This document shows, one piece after another, positions 10,920 through 18,992 of a stretch of DNA of 64,000 nt; position 1 is the first letter of the stretch, and each line of letters starts with the position of its first letter. The DNA lies in NCBI GenBank assembly GCA_963787125.1, contig CAWBBV010000001.1, forward strand, positions 160,001 to 224,000, read 5' to 3'. Source of the stretch: an uncultured delta proteobacterium. Lineage in GTDB: Bacteria; Desulfobacterota; Desulfuromonadia; Geobacterales; DSM-12255. The position numbers and the translations under genes are program-made. Below the pieces are notes generated by a model that saw nothing but the letters and a program-made list of their open reading frames with translations, did not search any database and was not told the origin of the DNA.

Positions 10920-12050
10920 ATGCTCGAAATGACGCAAAAAACTGAACCCGAGCTTCGCCAGAACCCTCAGATGAAAACTATCCTCATCGTCGATGATGAA
11001 GCGGTTATTCGCGACCTTTGTTTCCGTGCGCTTAAAGGCTATCATATTGTTCAGGCCGGCAACGGCCAGGATGCTCTGACTCTTTTTGAAAAAGGTGGCA
11101 TTGATGTCATTCTGACTGATGTCATGATGCCAGGTATGGACGGCATTGAGCTGCTCAAGCGGCTCAAGGAGAAAGAACCGACCATCGTTGTCATCGTTAT
11201 GACCGGTTTTGCGGAAAAGGATGTCATCCTCAATGCGCTCAAAGCTGATGCCGACGATTTCATCTCCAAACCGCTGAACCTTCTCCAGTTGAAGACTGCA
11301 GTAGATAAGGCGCTCGTCAAAAAAGCGCTGAAAGAAGAGATCGCGGCCCTGAAATCTCTGGACAGATTAAAATCCAACTTTCTGTCTACTATATCCCATA
11401 AATTCAGGACCCCACTTACTTCAATCTCCCTTTTTTTGCAGAATTTGACCACCGGAGTTTTTGCGGCTGACGATCCGGAATTCAGAATTAATGTCCGCCT
11501 GATCTCTGATGAATCGGCTTATCTTGAACGACTTGTCGCTGATCTGCTGATTTTCAGCAGAATGATGGATACCGGTGAAGCGCTGCGACGTGAACCCTGT
11601 TCCATTGCAAAAATAATTCACAATGTTCTGGCTGAATCAAGAGAGATCGCCATCAAACCGGCGATTGAGGCAATCCTTGACCTTCAAGACGTGCCGCTGA
11701 TACCGATCGACCGGGAGAAAATCGCCTTTGCAATCAGGCAGATTGTCGATAATGCCTATAAATTCTCCGGAGAGGAGGGGGAGGTAACCATCTCCCTTCG
11801 AGCTGACTCTGCCGGCGTTACAGTTGAAGTCAGTGATACGGGGATAGGCATACCGGTCGACGAGATTCCAAAGATCTTTGAAAAGTTTTACCAGATAGAC
11901 CCCCACAATACCGGTCAGGTGCGGGGCTTTGGTCTTGGACTGTACTACGCCAGAGAGTTTGTCCGTATGCATGGCGGCAGCATAACAATTCAGAGTGCTG
12001 TTGGCTATGGGAGCAAAGTAGCGGCATGGTTACCGCTTCACGGCAAGTAA
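10920..12050 (+). CDS. Hybrid response regulator receiver-histidine kinase
   Basis: N-terminal REC (VDDE, DVMMP, KP), H-box SHKFRTPL, NAYKFS, DTGIG, GFGLGL; start may be 10971. Confidence 0.9.
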   Translation: MLEMTQKTEPELRQNPQMKTILIVDDEAVIRDLCFRALKGYHIVQAGNGQDALTLFEKGGIDVILTDVMMPGMDGIELLKRLKEKEPTIVVIVMTGFAEKDVILNALKADADDFISKPLNLLQLKTAVDKALVKKALKEEIAALKSLDRLKSNFLSTISHKFRTPLTSISLFLQNLTTGVFAADDPEFRINVRLISDESAYLERLVADLLIFSRMMDTGEALRREPCSIAKIIHNVLAESREIAIKPAIEAILDLQDVPLIPIDREKIAFAIRQIVDNAYKFSGEEGEVTISLRADSAGVTVEVSDTGIGIPVDEIPKIFEKFYQIDPHNTGQVRGFGLGLYYAREFVRMHGGSITIQSAVGYGSKVAAWLPLHGK

Positions 12051-12137
12051 TGACCTTGATTTTTCTTCAGTCATGGCTATATTAGGACTACAATAAATCG
12101 CAGCAGATTTTTTATGATCTGAAAAGGAGAGTTTATA

Positions 12138-12467
12138 ATGGCAAGTGAAAAAGTACTTACACTTAGTGACGACAATTTTGAGGCGGAAGTGATTCAGTCG
12201 TCAGTTCCGGTTCTGGTAGACTTTTGGGCAACATGGTGCGCTCCCTGCAAAGCAATTGCGCCTACAATTGATGCTATTGCAACTGAATACGACGGACAGA
12301 TAAAAGTCGGCAAGGTTAATGTCGATGAGAGCCAGTCAACCCCTGCCAAATACGGTGTTCGCGGCATTCCGACGGTTATTCTTTTCAAGGACGGCAAAGT
12401 TGTTGATCAAGTTGTTGGCGCTGTACCGAAAAGTCAGCTTGAAGCCCTGCTCAAGAAAGCGCTGTAG
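12138..12467 (+). CDS. trxA: Thioredoxin
   Basis: [11 protein letters not shown] active site, GIPT; RBS AGGAG. Confidence 0.96.
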   Translation: MASEKVLTLSDDNFEAEVIQSSVPVLVDFWATWCAPCKAIAPTIDAIATEYDGQIKVGKVNVDESQSTPAKYGVRGIPTVILFKDGKVVDQVVGAVPKSQLEALLKKAL

Positions 12468-12512
12468 TTTTTGTATAGTCGGCTATCACCAATAAATTGT
12501 TAATATTTGAAA

Positions 12513-12546
12513 CAAAGGGGGTACCGGTTAACCGGCGCCCCCTTTG
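12513..12546 (+). terminator. Hairpin/terminator downstream of trxA
   Basis: AAAGGGGG...CCGGTTAACCGG...CCCCCTTT inverted repeat. Confidence 0.6.
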
Positions 12547-12588
12547 TCGTCTTCTTCAACTCACGGGAAAGTTTCGCTTTAAGAATAA

Positions 12589-14367
12589 ATGCACTCACAC
12601 GGAATCTACGCAGATGAAATAGTTGGGAAAGCTTACGACCGCAGGCTGCTGTGGCGTTTTGCCGCCTATTTGCGCCCATATACGGGCATTGTAACCATTG
12701 TCCTCTGCATCCTGCCACTGACCACAGCCGCCAAACTTGCCCAGCCCTGGCTGATAAAACTTGCCATCGACAACCATATAGTCAAAGGGGATATTTCCGG
12801 GCTACCGGCAATAGCGGTCTATTTCCTGCTGCTTATCATGGCGGAATCGTTCCTCTCTTTCTTTGAAGTCTGGCTCCTGCAATATCTCGGTCAGCGAGTC
12901 ATGCAGGATATTCGCCTTGAGCTCTTCACCCACGTGCAGCGGCTTTCCACCTCATTTTTCGATCGGACTCCCACTGGCAGCCTTATGACCCGGCTAACCA
13001 GTGACGTGGAGGTGCTGGGTGAGATGTTTGCTGCCGGGATTATCACCGTTGCCGGTGACATAATGCTACTCGCCGGAATCATCGGCGTCATGCTCTGGAT
13101 GAACCTCCATCTCTCTCTGGTTACCTTTGCGGTTCTACCGCTGCTTTTCTGGATTGCCTTCAGGTTTAGAGGCAAAATGCGCAACGCTTTCCGCCAGGTA
13201 CGGTCCAGGCTGGCCAATCTGAACACTTTTCTGAGCGAAAGCATCAACGGCATCGCCCTGATTCAGCTGTTCAACCGCCAGAAGCTGGAACAGGCAGAGT
13301 TCACCCGCCTCAACGCCTCCTACCGGGATGCCAACATGCCGGTGATCACCTGGGACGCCGCTCTCTATGCGGCAGTAGAAGCGCTTTCATCTGTTGCCGT
13401 CGGGCTGTTGGTCTGGTACGGTTCCGGCGAGATTCTCCGCGGCGCACTGACCTTTGGCGCTCTGGTCGCCTTCATCCAGTATATCGAGAAGTTTTTTGCC
13501 CCGATCCGCGATCTCTCCGCCAAATACTCGGTCATGCAAGGGGCAATGGCCGCCCTGGAGCGGATTTTTAATCTGCTCGATTGCCGAGAAATTCTTCCTG
13601 AAACTGCTCCTGCCTCTGAAAGAGAGGGCCGTAGCGGTAATAATCCTGCCTTTATCCGCTTCCGCGATGTCTGGTTTGCCTACAATGACGATGATTTCGT
13701 CCTGAAAGCTTTTAATCTGGAGCTGCAACGAGGGGAGAAAGTCGCCCTTGTCGGCGAGACCGGTGGCGGTAAAACAACGGTAACCCGGCTACTATCGAGG
13801 CTTTATGACGTAAATCGAGGCAGCCTGGAGCTTGATGGCTGCGATTTGCGCCAGATGGCGCTGCAGACCTTAAGGCAGAGAATCGGGATTGTGCTTCAGG
13901 ATCCATACCTGTTTACCGGAAGCATCAGCGAAAACATCTGCCTTGGAGATGAAAGGGCACGGGGCAGGGTCAGACTGGCGGCACAGATTGTCGGCGCTGA
14001 CCGCTTCATTGAAAAGCTGCCTGAAGGCTATAATGAGAAGGTGCGCGAGCGGGGCAATAACTTTTCCGCCGGGGAGCGCCAGCTGATCTCTTTCGCCCGG
14101 GCAGTCGCCTTTGATCCGGAAATTCTGGTGCTTGACGAGGCTACCGCCAGTGTTGACTCTGAAGCGGAAAGCCTTATCCAGCAGGGGCTGCGCGGGCTCA
14201 TGGCAGGGAGAACAACCCTAGTGGTTGCCCATCGGCTCTCAACGATTCGTGATGCCGACCGGATAGTCGTCATTCACCGCGGCGAAAAGGTTGAGGAGGG
14301 GAGTCATGATGCTTTGATGGCGACCATGGGAGTCTACTACCGGCTTTATCAGCTGCAGTTCCGGTAG
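12589..14367 (+). CDS. ABC exporter, fused permease/ATPase (MdlB/MsbA-like)
   Basis: Six-TM N-terminal domain, GETGGGKTT, FSAGERQL, LDEATA, AHRLSTI. Confidence 0.93.
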   Translation: MHSHGIYADEIVGKAYDRRLLWRFAAYLRPYTGIVTIVLCILPLTTAAKLAQPWLIKLAIDNHIVKGDISGLPAIAVYFLLLIMAESFLSFFEVWLLQYLGQRVMQDIRLELFTHVQRLSTSFFDRTPTGSLMTRLTSDVEVLGEMFAAGIITVAGDIMLLAGIIGVMLWMNLHLSLVTFAVLPLLFWIAFRFRGKMRNAFRQVRSRLANLNTFLSESINGIALIQLFNRQKLEQAEFTRLNASYRDANMPVITWDAALYAAVEALSSVAVGLLVWYGSGEILRGALTFGALVAFIQYIEKFFAPIRDLSAKYSVMQGAMAALERIFNLLDCREILPETAPASEREGRSGNNPAFIRFRDVWFAYNDDDFVLKAFNLELQRGEKVALVGETGGGKTTVTRLLSRLYDVNRGSLELDGCDLRQMALQTLRQRIGIVLQDPYLFTGSISENICLGDERARGRVRLAAQIVGADRFIEKLPEGYNEKVRERGNNFSAGERQLISFARAVAFDPEILVLDEATASVDSEAESLIQQGLRGLMAGRTTLVVAHRLSTIRDADRIVVIHRGEKVEEGSHDALMATMGVYYRLYQLQFR

Positions 14368-14469
14368 CTGTGAAAGAATAGATTGCATATTAAGGGTAAG
14401 ACCTCTAAAAGATTAATAAATTAACCTAATTGAAATTGTCCCCAATTTTATTTGGAAACAAGGTTCGTC

Positions 14470-16863
14470 ATGTCATTCAATGAAGCTGAAACCAGATTCT
14501 ACCTGATTGACCCCGTTTTAAGGGCAAAAGGGTATGACGAGCACTGGAAGCTGAAGCTGGAAACCCCGGCGCCGGTCGAGCCGACCGGCAACAAAGGGCG
14601 GCGGCGTACCGGTGTAGGACGTACGGACTACCTGCTCTGCGTCCAGGCGGGCGACATGCCCAGTCCGCTGCCCATTGGAGTAATCGAGGCAAAGGCCGAG
14701 ACCGAAGACCCGCTCAAAGGGATGCAGCAGGCAAAGGGGTATGCCGACTGCACCCGTTTTCACGTCCAGTATATCTTTGCCACCAACGGCCACCGTTACG
14801 GTGAATTCGACAAGATCAACCAGATGCCGGACGGCCCGTTTCCGTTTCCCGAGTTCCCAACCCATGATGATCTAACAAGCCGTTATGCCCGCGATACCGG
14901 CATTGATGTTACCAAGCCGGAAGCGGCCATGCTGTTCATGGCCGACAGTACTGCATTCAAGACGCGCTATTACCAGGACGCCGCCATCCGTGCCGCCTTT
15001 GAGAAGATTCTCTGCTGCGAACAACGGGGCGAAGAGCCGCGGATTCTGCTCTCCCTGGCCACCGGCTCGGGAAAGACCGTCATTGCCGCCAATCTCCTCT
15101 TACGACTGCACGAAGCGGGCAGGCTGACCAAACCGGCTCTTTTCCTCTGCGACCGGGATGAACTGCGCGGCCAGGCCTATGATAAGATCACCAAGGCTTT
15201 CCCCAAAGGGAGCGTGCGGATAGTCCAGACGGTCAAAGGGGAAAATGCCGCTAAAAACGCCAAGGTGCATATCGCCACCTACCAGACCCTCGGGCTGGAT
15301 GATGAGGATGCCGGTTACGCCAGCTTTCTGACGGATCACTATCCGGAAAACGCTTTCAGCATCATCATTATTGACGAATGTCACCGCTCCGCCTGGGGGC
15401 GCTGGTCCGAGGTGCTGCGCCGCAATCCTGAGGCTATCCAGATCGGCCTGACCGCCACACCGCGCCAGTTGCGGGAGTCGAAACAGCAAACTCCGGACGA
15501 TGCGAACATTACAGCCAATAACGTGAATTACTTCGGCGAGCCGGTCTACGAGTACACGCTGATTCAGGCCCAGGATGACGGCTATCTGTCAGCCTGCGAG
15601 GTCGTGCGGATGAAGCCGTCCATCGACGGCAAGACCTTCACCCGTGAAGAGGTGCTGGCAGCAAAGCCCATCGATGCCCGCACCGGCGCGGCTGTCGCCG
15701 CAGAAGATATTCGTAATGAATACCGTTCGCAGCATTTCGATGACGATCTGGTTATTCCCGCGCGAATAGCTGCCATGTGCTCCAGCCTGTTCCAGGAACT
15801 CTGCAAGCATGGCGGTCCGGAACAGAAAGTCATCATCTTCTGCAACCGCGATCTGCACGCCGACCGGGTGGCTATGCAGATGCAGCGGCTCTATGCCGGG
15901 TGGTGCAAGGAGAACGGCCAAACCCCCAAGGAGCATTACGCCTTCAAGTGTACTGCGGACGGGGGCAGCGACCTGATCGAAACGATGCGCGGTTCCGGCG
16001 AGCGCTGTTTCATCGCTTGCACCGTCGATCTGCTCGCTACCGGCGTGGACATCGAACGGCTCAACGCCGTAGTGTTCTTCCGCTATCTGCAATCATCCAT
16101 CACCTTTTACCAGATGGTCGGCCGCGGCACCCGCATCGACGAGCCAACCCAGAAATACAAGTTCTGGCTCTACGACTACACCGGTGTTACCGATCTTTTC
16201 GGCACTGACTTTATCACCAAGGCGCCGCGTACCGGCAAGCCCGGTGGTGGCGGCGGTGGCGATGACGGCGGCGATACGGGTGGCGGTGACGATGACGGAC
16301 CACCGATCATCGAGATGGGTGGCCAGACGGTTCATGTGCTCCCCCAGGGGCATTTCATCCCGGTTAGCAGGGATGGCCGCGATCTCCTGATCTCTCTGGA
16401 GGAGTACCGTGAGGAGATGATCCAGCGAGTGGTCAGGGAAGCACGAACCATAGAGGATTTCCGGGCGCTCTGGGTGGAGCAGGAGAACCGTCTGGCCCTT
16501 ATCCGCCATCTGCGGGGCGAGCATTACTCGCCGGAAGTCATTCAGAATGTCATGCTGGAGTGCGACCTGTATGATGTCTTCGCCCATTACGGTTATCGCC
16601 GGGCAGCGCTCAAGCGGTGGGAGCGGGAGGTTGCCTATCTGTCGAACAACAAATCCTGGTTTGCCGGGGTCGATGCCAAGGCCGCCGTGGTCTTGAAGGG
16701 GATAGGTCACCAGTTCGGCAAGGGGGGCACCGAGGCGCTGGAGTCGGAACTGCTCTGGGAGGTGCCGGAGATCAGGCGAGCCGGCGGGGTGAAGGCGCTG
16801 AAGCTGCTAGGGGTGCCGGTTGAGGTTATGCGCGAGGCGAAGATGAGGTTGTTTGGGGTGTAA
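14470..16863 (+). CDS. hsdR: Type I restriction endonuclease R subunit (EcoAI/EcoEI-like)
   Basis: NEAETR..LIDP, GRTDY...IEAK..QQAKGYA nuclease motif, ATGSGKT, DECHRS, GLTATP, QMVGRGTR. Confidence 0.9.
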   Translation: MSFNEAETRFYLIDPVLRAKGYDEHWKLKLETPAPVEPTGNKGRRRTGVGRTDYLLCVQAGDMPSPLPIGVIEAKAETEDPLKGMQQAKGYADCTRFHVQYIFATNGHRYGEFDKINQMPDGPFPFPEFPTHDDLTSRYARDTGIDVTKPEAAMLFMADSTAFKTRYYQDAAIRAAFEKILCCEQRGEEPRILLSLATGSGKTVIAANLLLRLHEAGRLTKPALFLCDRDELRGQAYDKITKAFPKGSVRIVQTVKGENAAKNAKVHIATYQTLGLDDEDAGYASFLTDHYPENAFSIIIIDECHRSAWGRWSEVLRRNPEAIQIGLTATPRQLRESKQQTPDDANITANNVNYFGEPVYEYTLIQAQDDGYLSACEVVRMKPSIDGKTFTREEVLAAKPIDARTGAAVAAEDIRNEYRSQHFDDDLVIPARIAAMCSSLFQELCKHGGPEQKVIIFCNRDLHADRVAMQMQRLYAGWCKENGQTPKEHYAFKCTADGGSDLIETMRGSGERCFIACTVDLLATGVDIERLNAVVFFRYLQSSITFYQMVGRGTRIDEPTQKYKFWLYDYTGVTDLFGTDFITKAPRTGKPGGGGGGDDGGDTGGGDDDGPPIIEMGGQTVHVLPQGHFIPVSRDGRDLLISLEEYREEMIQRVVREARTIEDFRALWVEQENRLALIRHLRGEHYSPEVIQNVMLECDLYDVFAHYGYRRAALKRWEREVAYLSNNKSWFAGVDAKAAVVLKGIGHQFGKGGTEALESELLWEVPEIRRAGGVKALKLLGVPVEVMREAKMRLFGV

Positions 16864-16868
16864 CTTCT

Positions 16869-16948
16869 CCCCCCTCCCGACCTCCCCCCGCTGGGTGGAG
16901 GAGCTTTCAAATCCCCTCCCCAGGAGGGGGAGGGTTAGGGAGGGGGGG
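16869..16948. repeat. GC-rich palindromic (BoxC-like) element, copy A
   Basis: CCCCTCCCGACCTCCCCCCGCTGGGTGGAGGAGC...CCCCTCCCCAGGAGGGGGAGGGTTAGGGAGGGGG; left arm nearly identical to copy B. Confidence 0.85.
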
Positions 16949-16978
16949 CTTTTGGGGTTAAGGTGAGGATGTAAAAAT

Positions 16979-17572
16979 ATGAAAATTATCTTGCGCACTT
17001 TGGGGGAGCTTTGCGATAAAAGCGTTGTGTCTGTGGACCCGAAGCGTGAACCAGCAAAGGAGTTCAGGTATATTGACATCTCCGCTGTGGACAACTCAAC
17101 AAAACGTATTGTAGCCGCCCAAAAAGTTATCGGGATACAGGCATCAGTTCGAGCTCGCCAAATAATTAAAAAGAACGATGTACTTGTATCCACTACCCGT
17201 CCGAACTTGAATGCAGTTGCTTTAGTGCCAGAAGAGTACGACAAGCAAGTTTGTAGTACAGGCTTCTGTGTACTTCGCTGTGGACCTGAACTTGATCCCG
17301 ATTACTTGTTTTCCTTTGTTCAGTCAATGGCATTTGTTCAACCGCTTTCCGACTTGGTCAAGGGAGCTCTCTATCCTGCTGTCACCGACAGACAAGTGTT
17401 CTCACAAGAAATTCCATGGGTTTCACTGGATGACCAATGCCGCATCGCAGCCCAACTCAAAGCACAACTTACCGCAGTCGAAGAGGCTCGAATTGCAGCA
17501 AGATCTCAATTGATAGAGATCGAAAAACTCCCGTCCCGTTTGCTTGCTCAGGCGTTCGACATGTCCAACTGA
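16979..17572 (+). CDS. hsdS: Type I RM specificity subunit, half-size (single TRD)
   Basis: 197 aa; YIDIS.VDN, RARQ....DVLVSTTRPNL, STGFCVLR, GA.YPAV, C-terminal helix ...LPSRLLAQAF; AT-richer than flanks. Confidence 0.88.
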   Translation: MKIILRTLGELCDKSVVSVDPKREPAKEFRYIDISAVDNSTKRIVAAQKVIGIQASVRARQIIKKNDVLVSTTRPNLNAVALVPEEYDKQVCSTGFCVLRCGPELDPDYLFSFVQSMAFVQPLSDLVKGALYPAVTDRQVFSQEIPWVSLDDQCRIAAQLKAQLTAVEEARIAARSQLIEIEKLPSRLLAQAFDMSN

Positions 17573-17600
17573 CCATATGGAGGACATCCTCCATATGGTC
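17571..17600. repeat. Perfect 14-bp inverted repeat overlapping the hsdS stop codon
   Basis: GACCATATGGAGGA-CA-TCCTCCATATGGTC. Confidence 0.85.
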
Positions 17601-17622
17601 TTCAACGCAAGGCGGATAATCG

Positions 17623-17713
17623 CCCCCCTCCCAGCCTCCCCCCGCTGGGTGGAGGAGCTGTCAGTCAGATGCCTTTAGTTCCCTCACCCAGCGGGGGAGG
17701 GCTAGGGAGGGGG
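17623..17713. repeat. GC-rich palindromic (BoxC-like) element, copy B
   Basis: CCCCCTCCCAGCCTCCCCCCGCTGGGTGGAGGAGC...GTTCCCTCACCCAGCGGGGGAGGGCTAGGGAGGGGG. Confidence 0.85.
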
Positions 17714-17725
17714 AGATTTTGAGCC

Positions 17726-18127
17726 ATGGACAAAAAGCTCTTCATTCCGACACCAGTGCCGACTCCACTGCTCGAAGCTGCAAGAACGCTACGTCGCACC
17801 ATGACCGATGCCGAACAGCTGTTATGGCACTGCCTGAGGCGCAAACAGCTTGGCGGTTTCCGGTTTCGACGGCAGCATCCGGTCGAAAAATTTATATTGG
17901 ACTTCTACTGCTGTGAAGTGAAACTGGCGATAGAACTCGATGGTGGACAACACAATGAACCGGATGCAAAGACCCGTGATAAGGAGCGTTCAGAGCTGTT
18001 GGCCGGTCATGGGATTCAGGTTATTCGATTTTGGAACAATGAGGTCTTTGCCAATACGGAAGGTGCGTTACAGAGGATCTATGATGTGCTGGTAGAGCGG
18101 GCAGGTCAACAAGCGCCCCCTCCTTAG
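17726..18127 (+). CDS. DUF559 / Vsr-like endonuclease domain protein
   Basis: AR.LRR.MTDAE..LW..LR, FRRQHP, DFYC, IELDGGQH, IRFWNNEV. Confidence 0.92.
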   Translation: MDKKLFIPTPVPTPLLEAARTLRRTMTDAEQLLWHCLRRKQLGGFRFRRQHPVEKFILDFYCCEVKLAIELDGGQHNEPDAKTRDKERSELLAGHGIQVIRFWNNEVFANTEGALQRIYDVLVERAGQQAPPP

Positions 18128-18194
18128 CCCTCCCCCGCTTGGGGAGGGAACTTAAAAAACTCCTCCACCTAGCGGGGGGAGGTCGGGAGGAGGG
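18116..18194. repeat. GC-rich palindromic (BoxC-like) element, copy C, inverted relative to A and B
   Basis: Reverse complement of 18160-18194 matches the left arm of A; reverse complement of 18116-18151 matches the right arm of B. Confidence 0.85.
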
Positions 18195-18210
18195 AGTAGA
18201 TTGGTTTTTT

Positions 18211-18624
18211 TCAGCGCTTCTGTTCTAGAAACTGCGCCGGAGTCATGATGGGGATGGTGCGGTAGCTGCCAAGGGCCAGCAGGTGCGGGTCGCCGGAGAT
18301 AATTGCCGCAGCTTCGGCAGCAACGGCGCAGGAGAGGAACTTGTCGTCGTCCGGGTCGTCGCTAATCACGGCGATGGTTTCCTTCGGCTGCACGAAGCGG
18401 GACCAGGCAAAAACGAATTCGAGGATGTTGATCTGCAGGGTAGGGGAAAACTTGAGTTTGGGGTAGGCTACGACCCGTTGGAGTTCGGCGTAGATGTCGT
18501 TGGTGATGCAGTTGACGATGGTGCGCTGCTCCATGAGACGCAGCACCGCTTCCGGCTTGCCATCCCAGCCGAAGGCCGAGATGAAAACGTTGGTGTCGAT
18601 GACTACTTTTGAGACCGCGCCCAT
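18211..18624 (-). CDS. PIN-domain putative toxin
   Basis: VVIDTNVFISA, DPDDDKFL.CA, ISGD.HLL, IMTP..FL. Confidence 0.9.
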   Translation of the reverse strand: MGAVSKVVIDTNVFISAFGWDGKPEAVLRLMEQRTIVNCITNDIYAELQRVVAYPKLKFSPTLQINILEFVFAWSRFVQPKETIAVISDDPDDDKFLSCAVAAEAAAIISGDPHLLALGSYRTIPIMTPAQFLEQKR

Positions 18625-18830
18625 TGAACAGCCTCGGCAGCGATTTCCGGTCCCAGCTTCTCCCGCTTTACAGTGCGTGACGCCTTGCGGCTGATCTCTG
18701 CCAACGGCAGGGGCGTATACAGCTGCTTCTTGAAAAGCTGATCGATCAGTTTTTTCAGCCCTTCTGGTGGGAACTGGATCAGCGCTTCCATCAGCTGGTT
18801 ACTGTTCAGGTGGATAGTGGTGTTGTTCAT
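18603..18830 (-). CDS. Putative antitoxin partner of the PIN toxin
   Basis: 75-aa ORF (MNNTTIHL...AEAVQWARSQK) immediately upstream of and overlapping the PIN gene; RBS GGGAG. Confidence 0.7.
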   Translation of the reverse strand: MNNTTIHLNSNQLMEALIQFPPEGLKKLIDQLFKKQLYTPLPLAEISRKASRTVKREKLGPEIAAEAVQWARSQK

Positions 18831-18992
18831 AATTACTGCTCCCTGAAGTTGGACTACATCTGCTAGTATGCGGAACGACCAGTCCCGAAAAGGGAGGGAC
18901 TCGCTCTGGAACAAGTGCACTGGTCGCACCTGAAAAATATCATGTTTTACGCATAAATCCACGAAAAATTCCGGAATCCCGAAAAGACACCC

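Noticed and set aside
16237..16300. Gly/Asp-rich low-complexity tract in hsdR
   Set aside because: Typical flexible linker before the C-terminal domain of this R-subunit family
18875..18926. CGACCAGT...ACTGGTCG inverted repeat between antitoxin and hsdM
   Set aside because: No recognisable riboswitch or ncRNA consensus; could be an operator but unsupported
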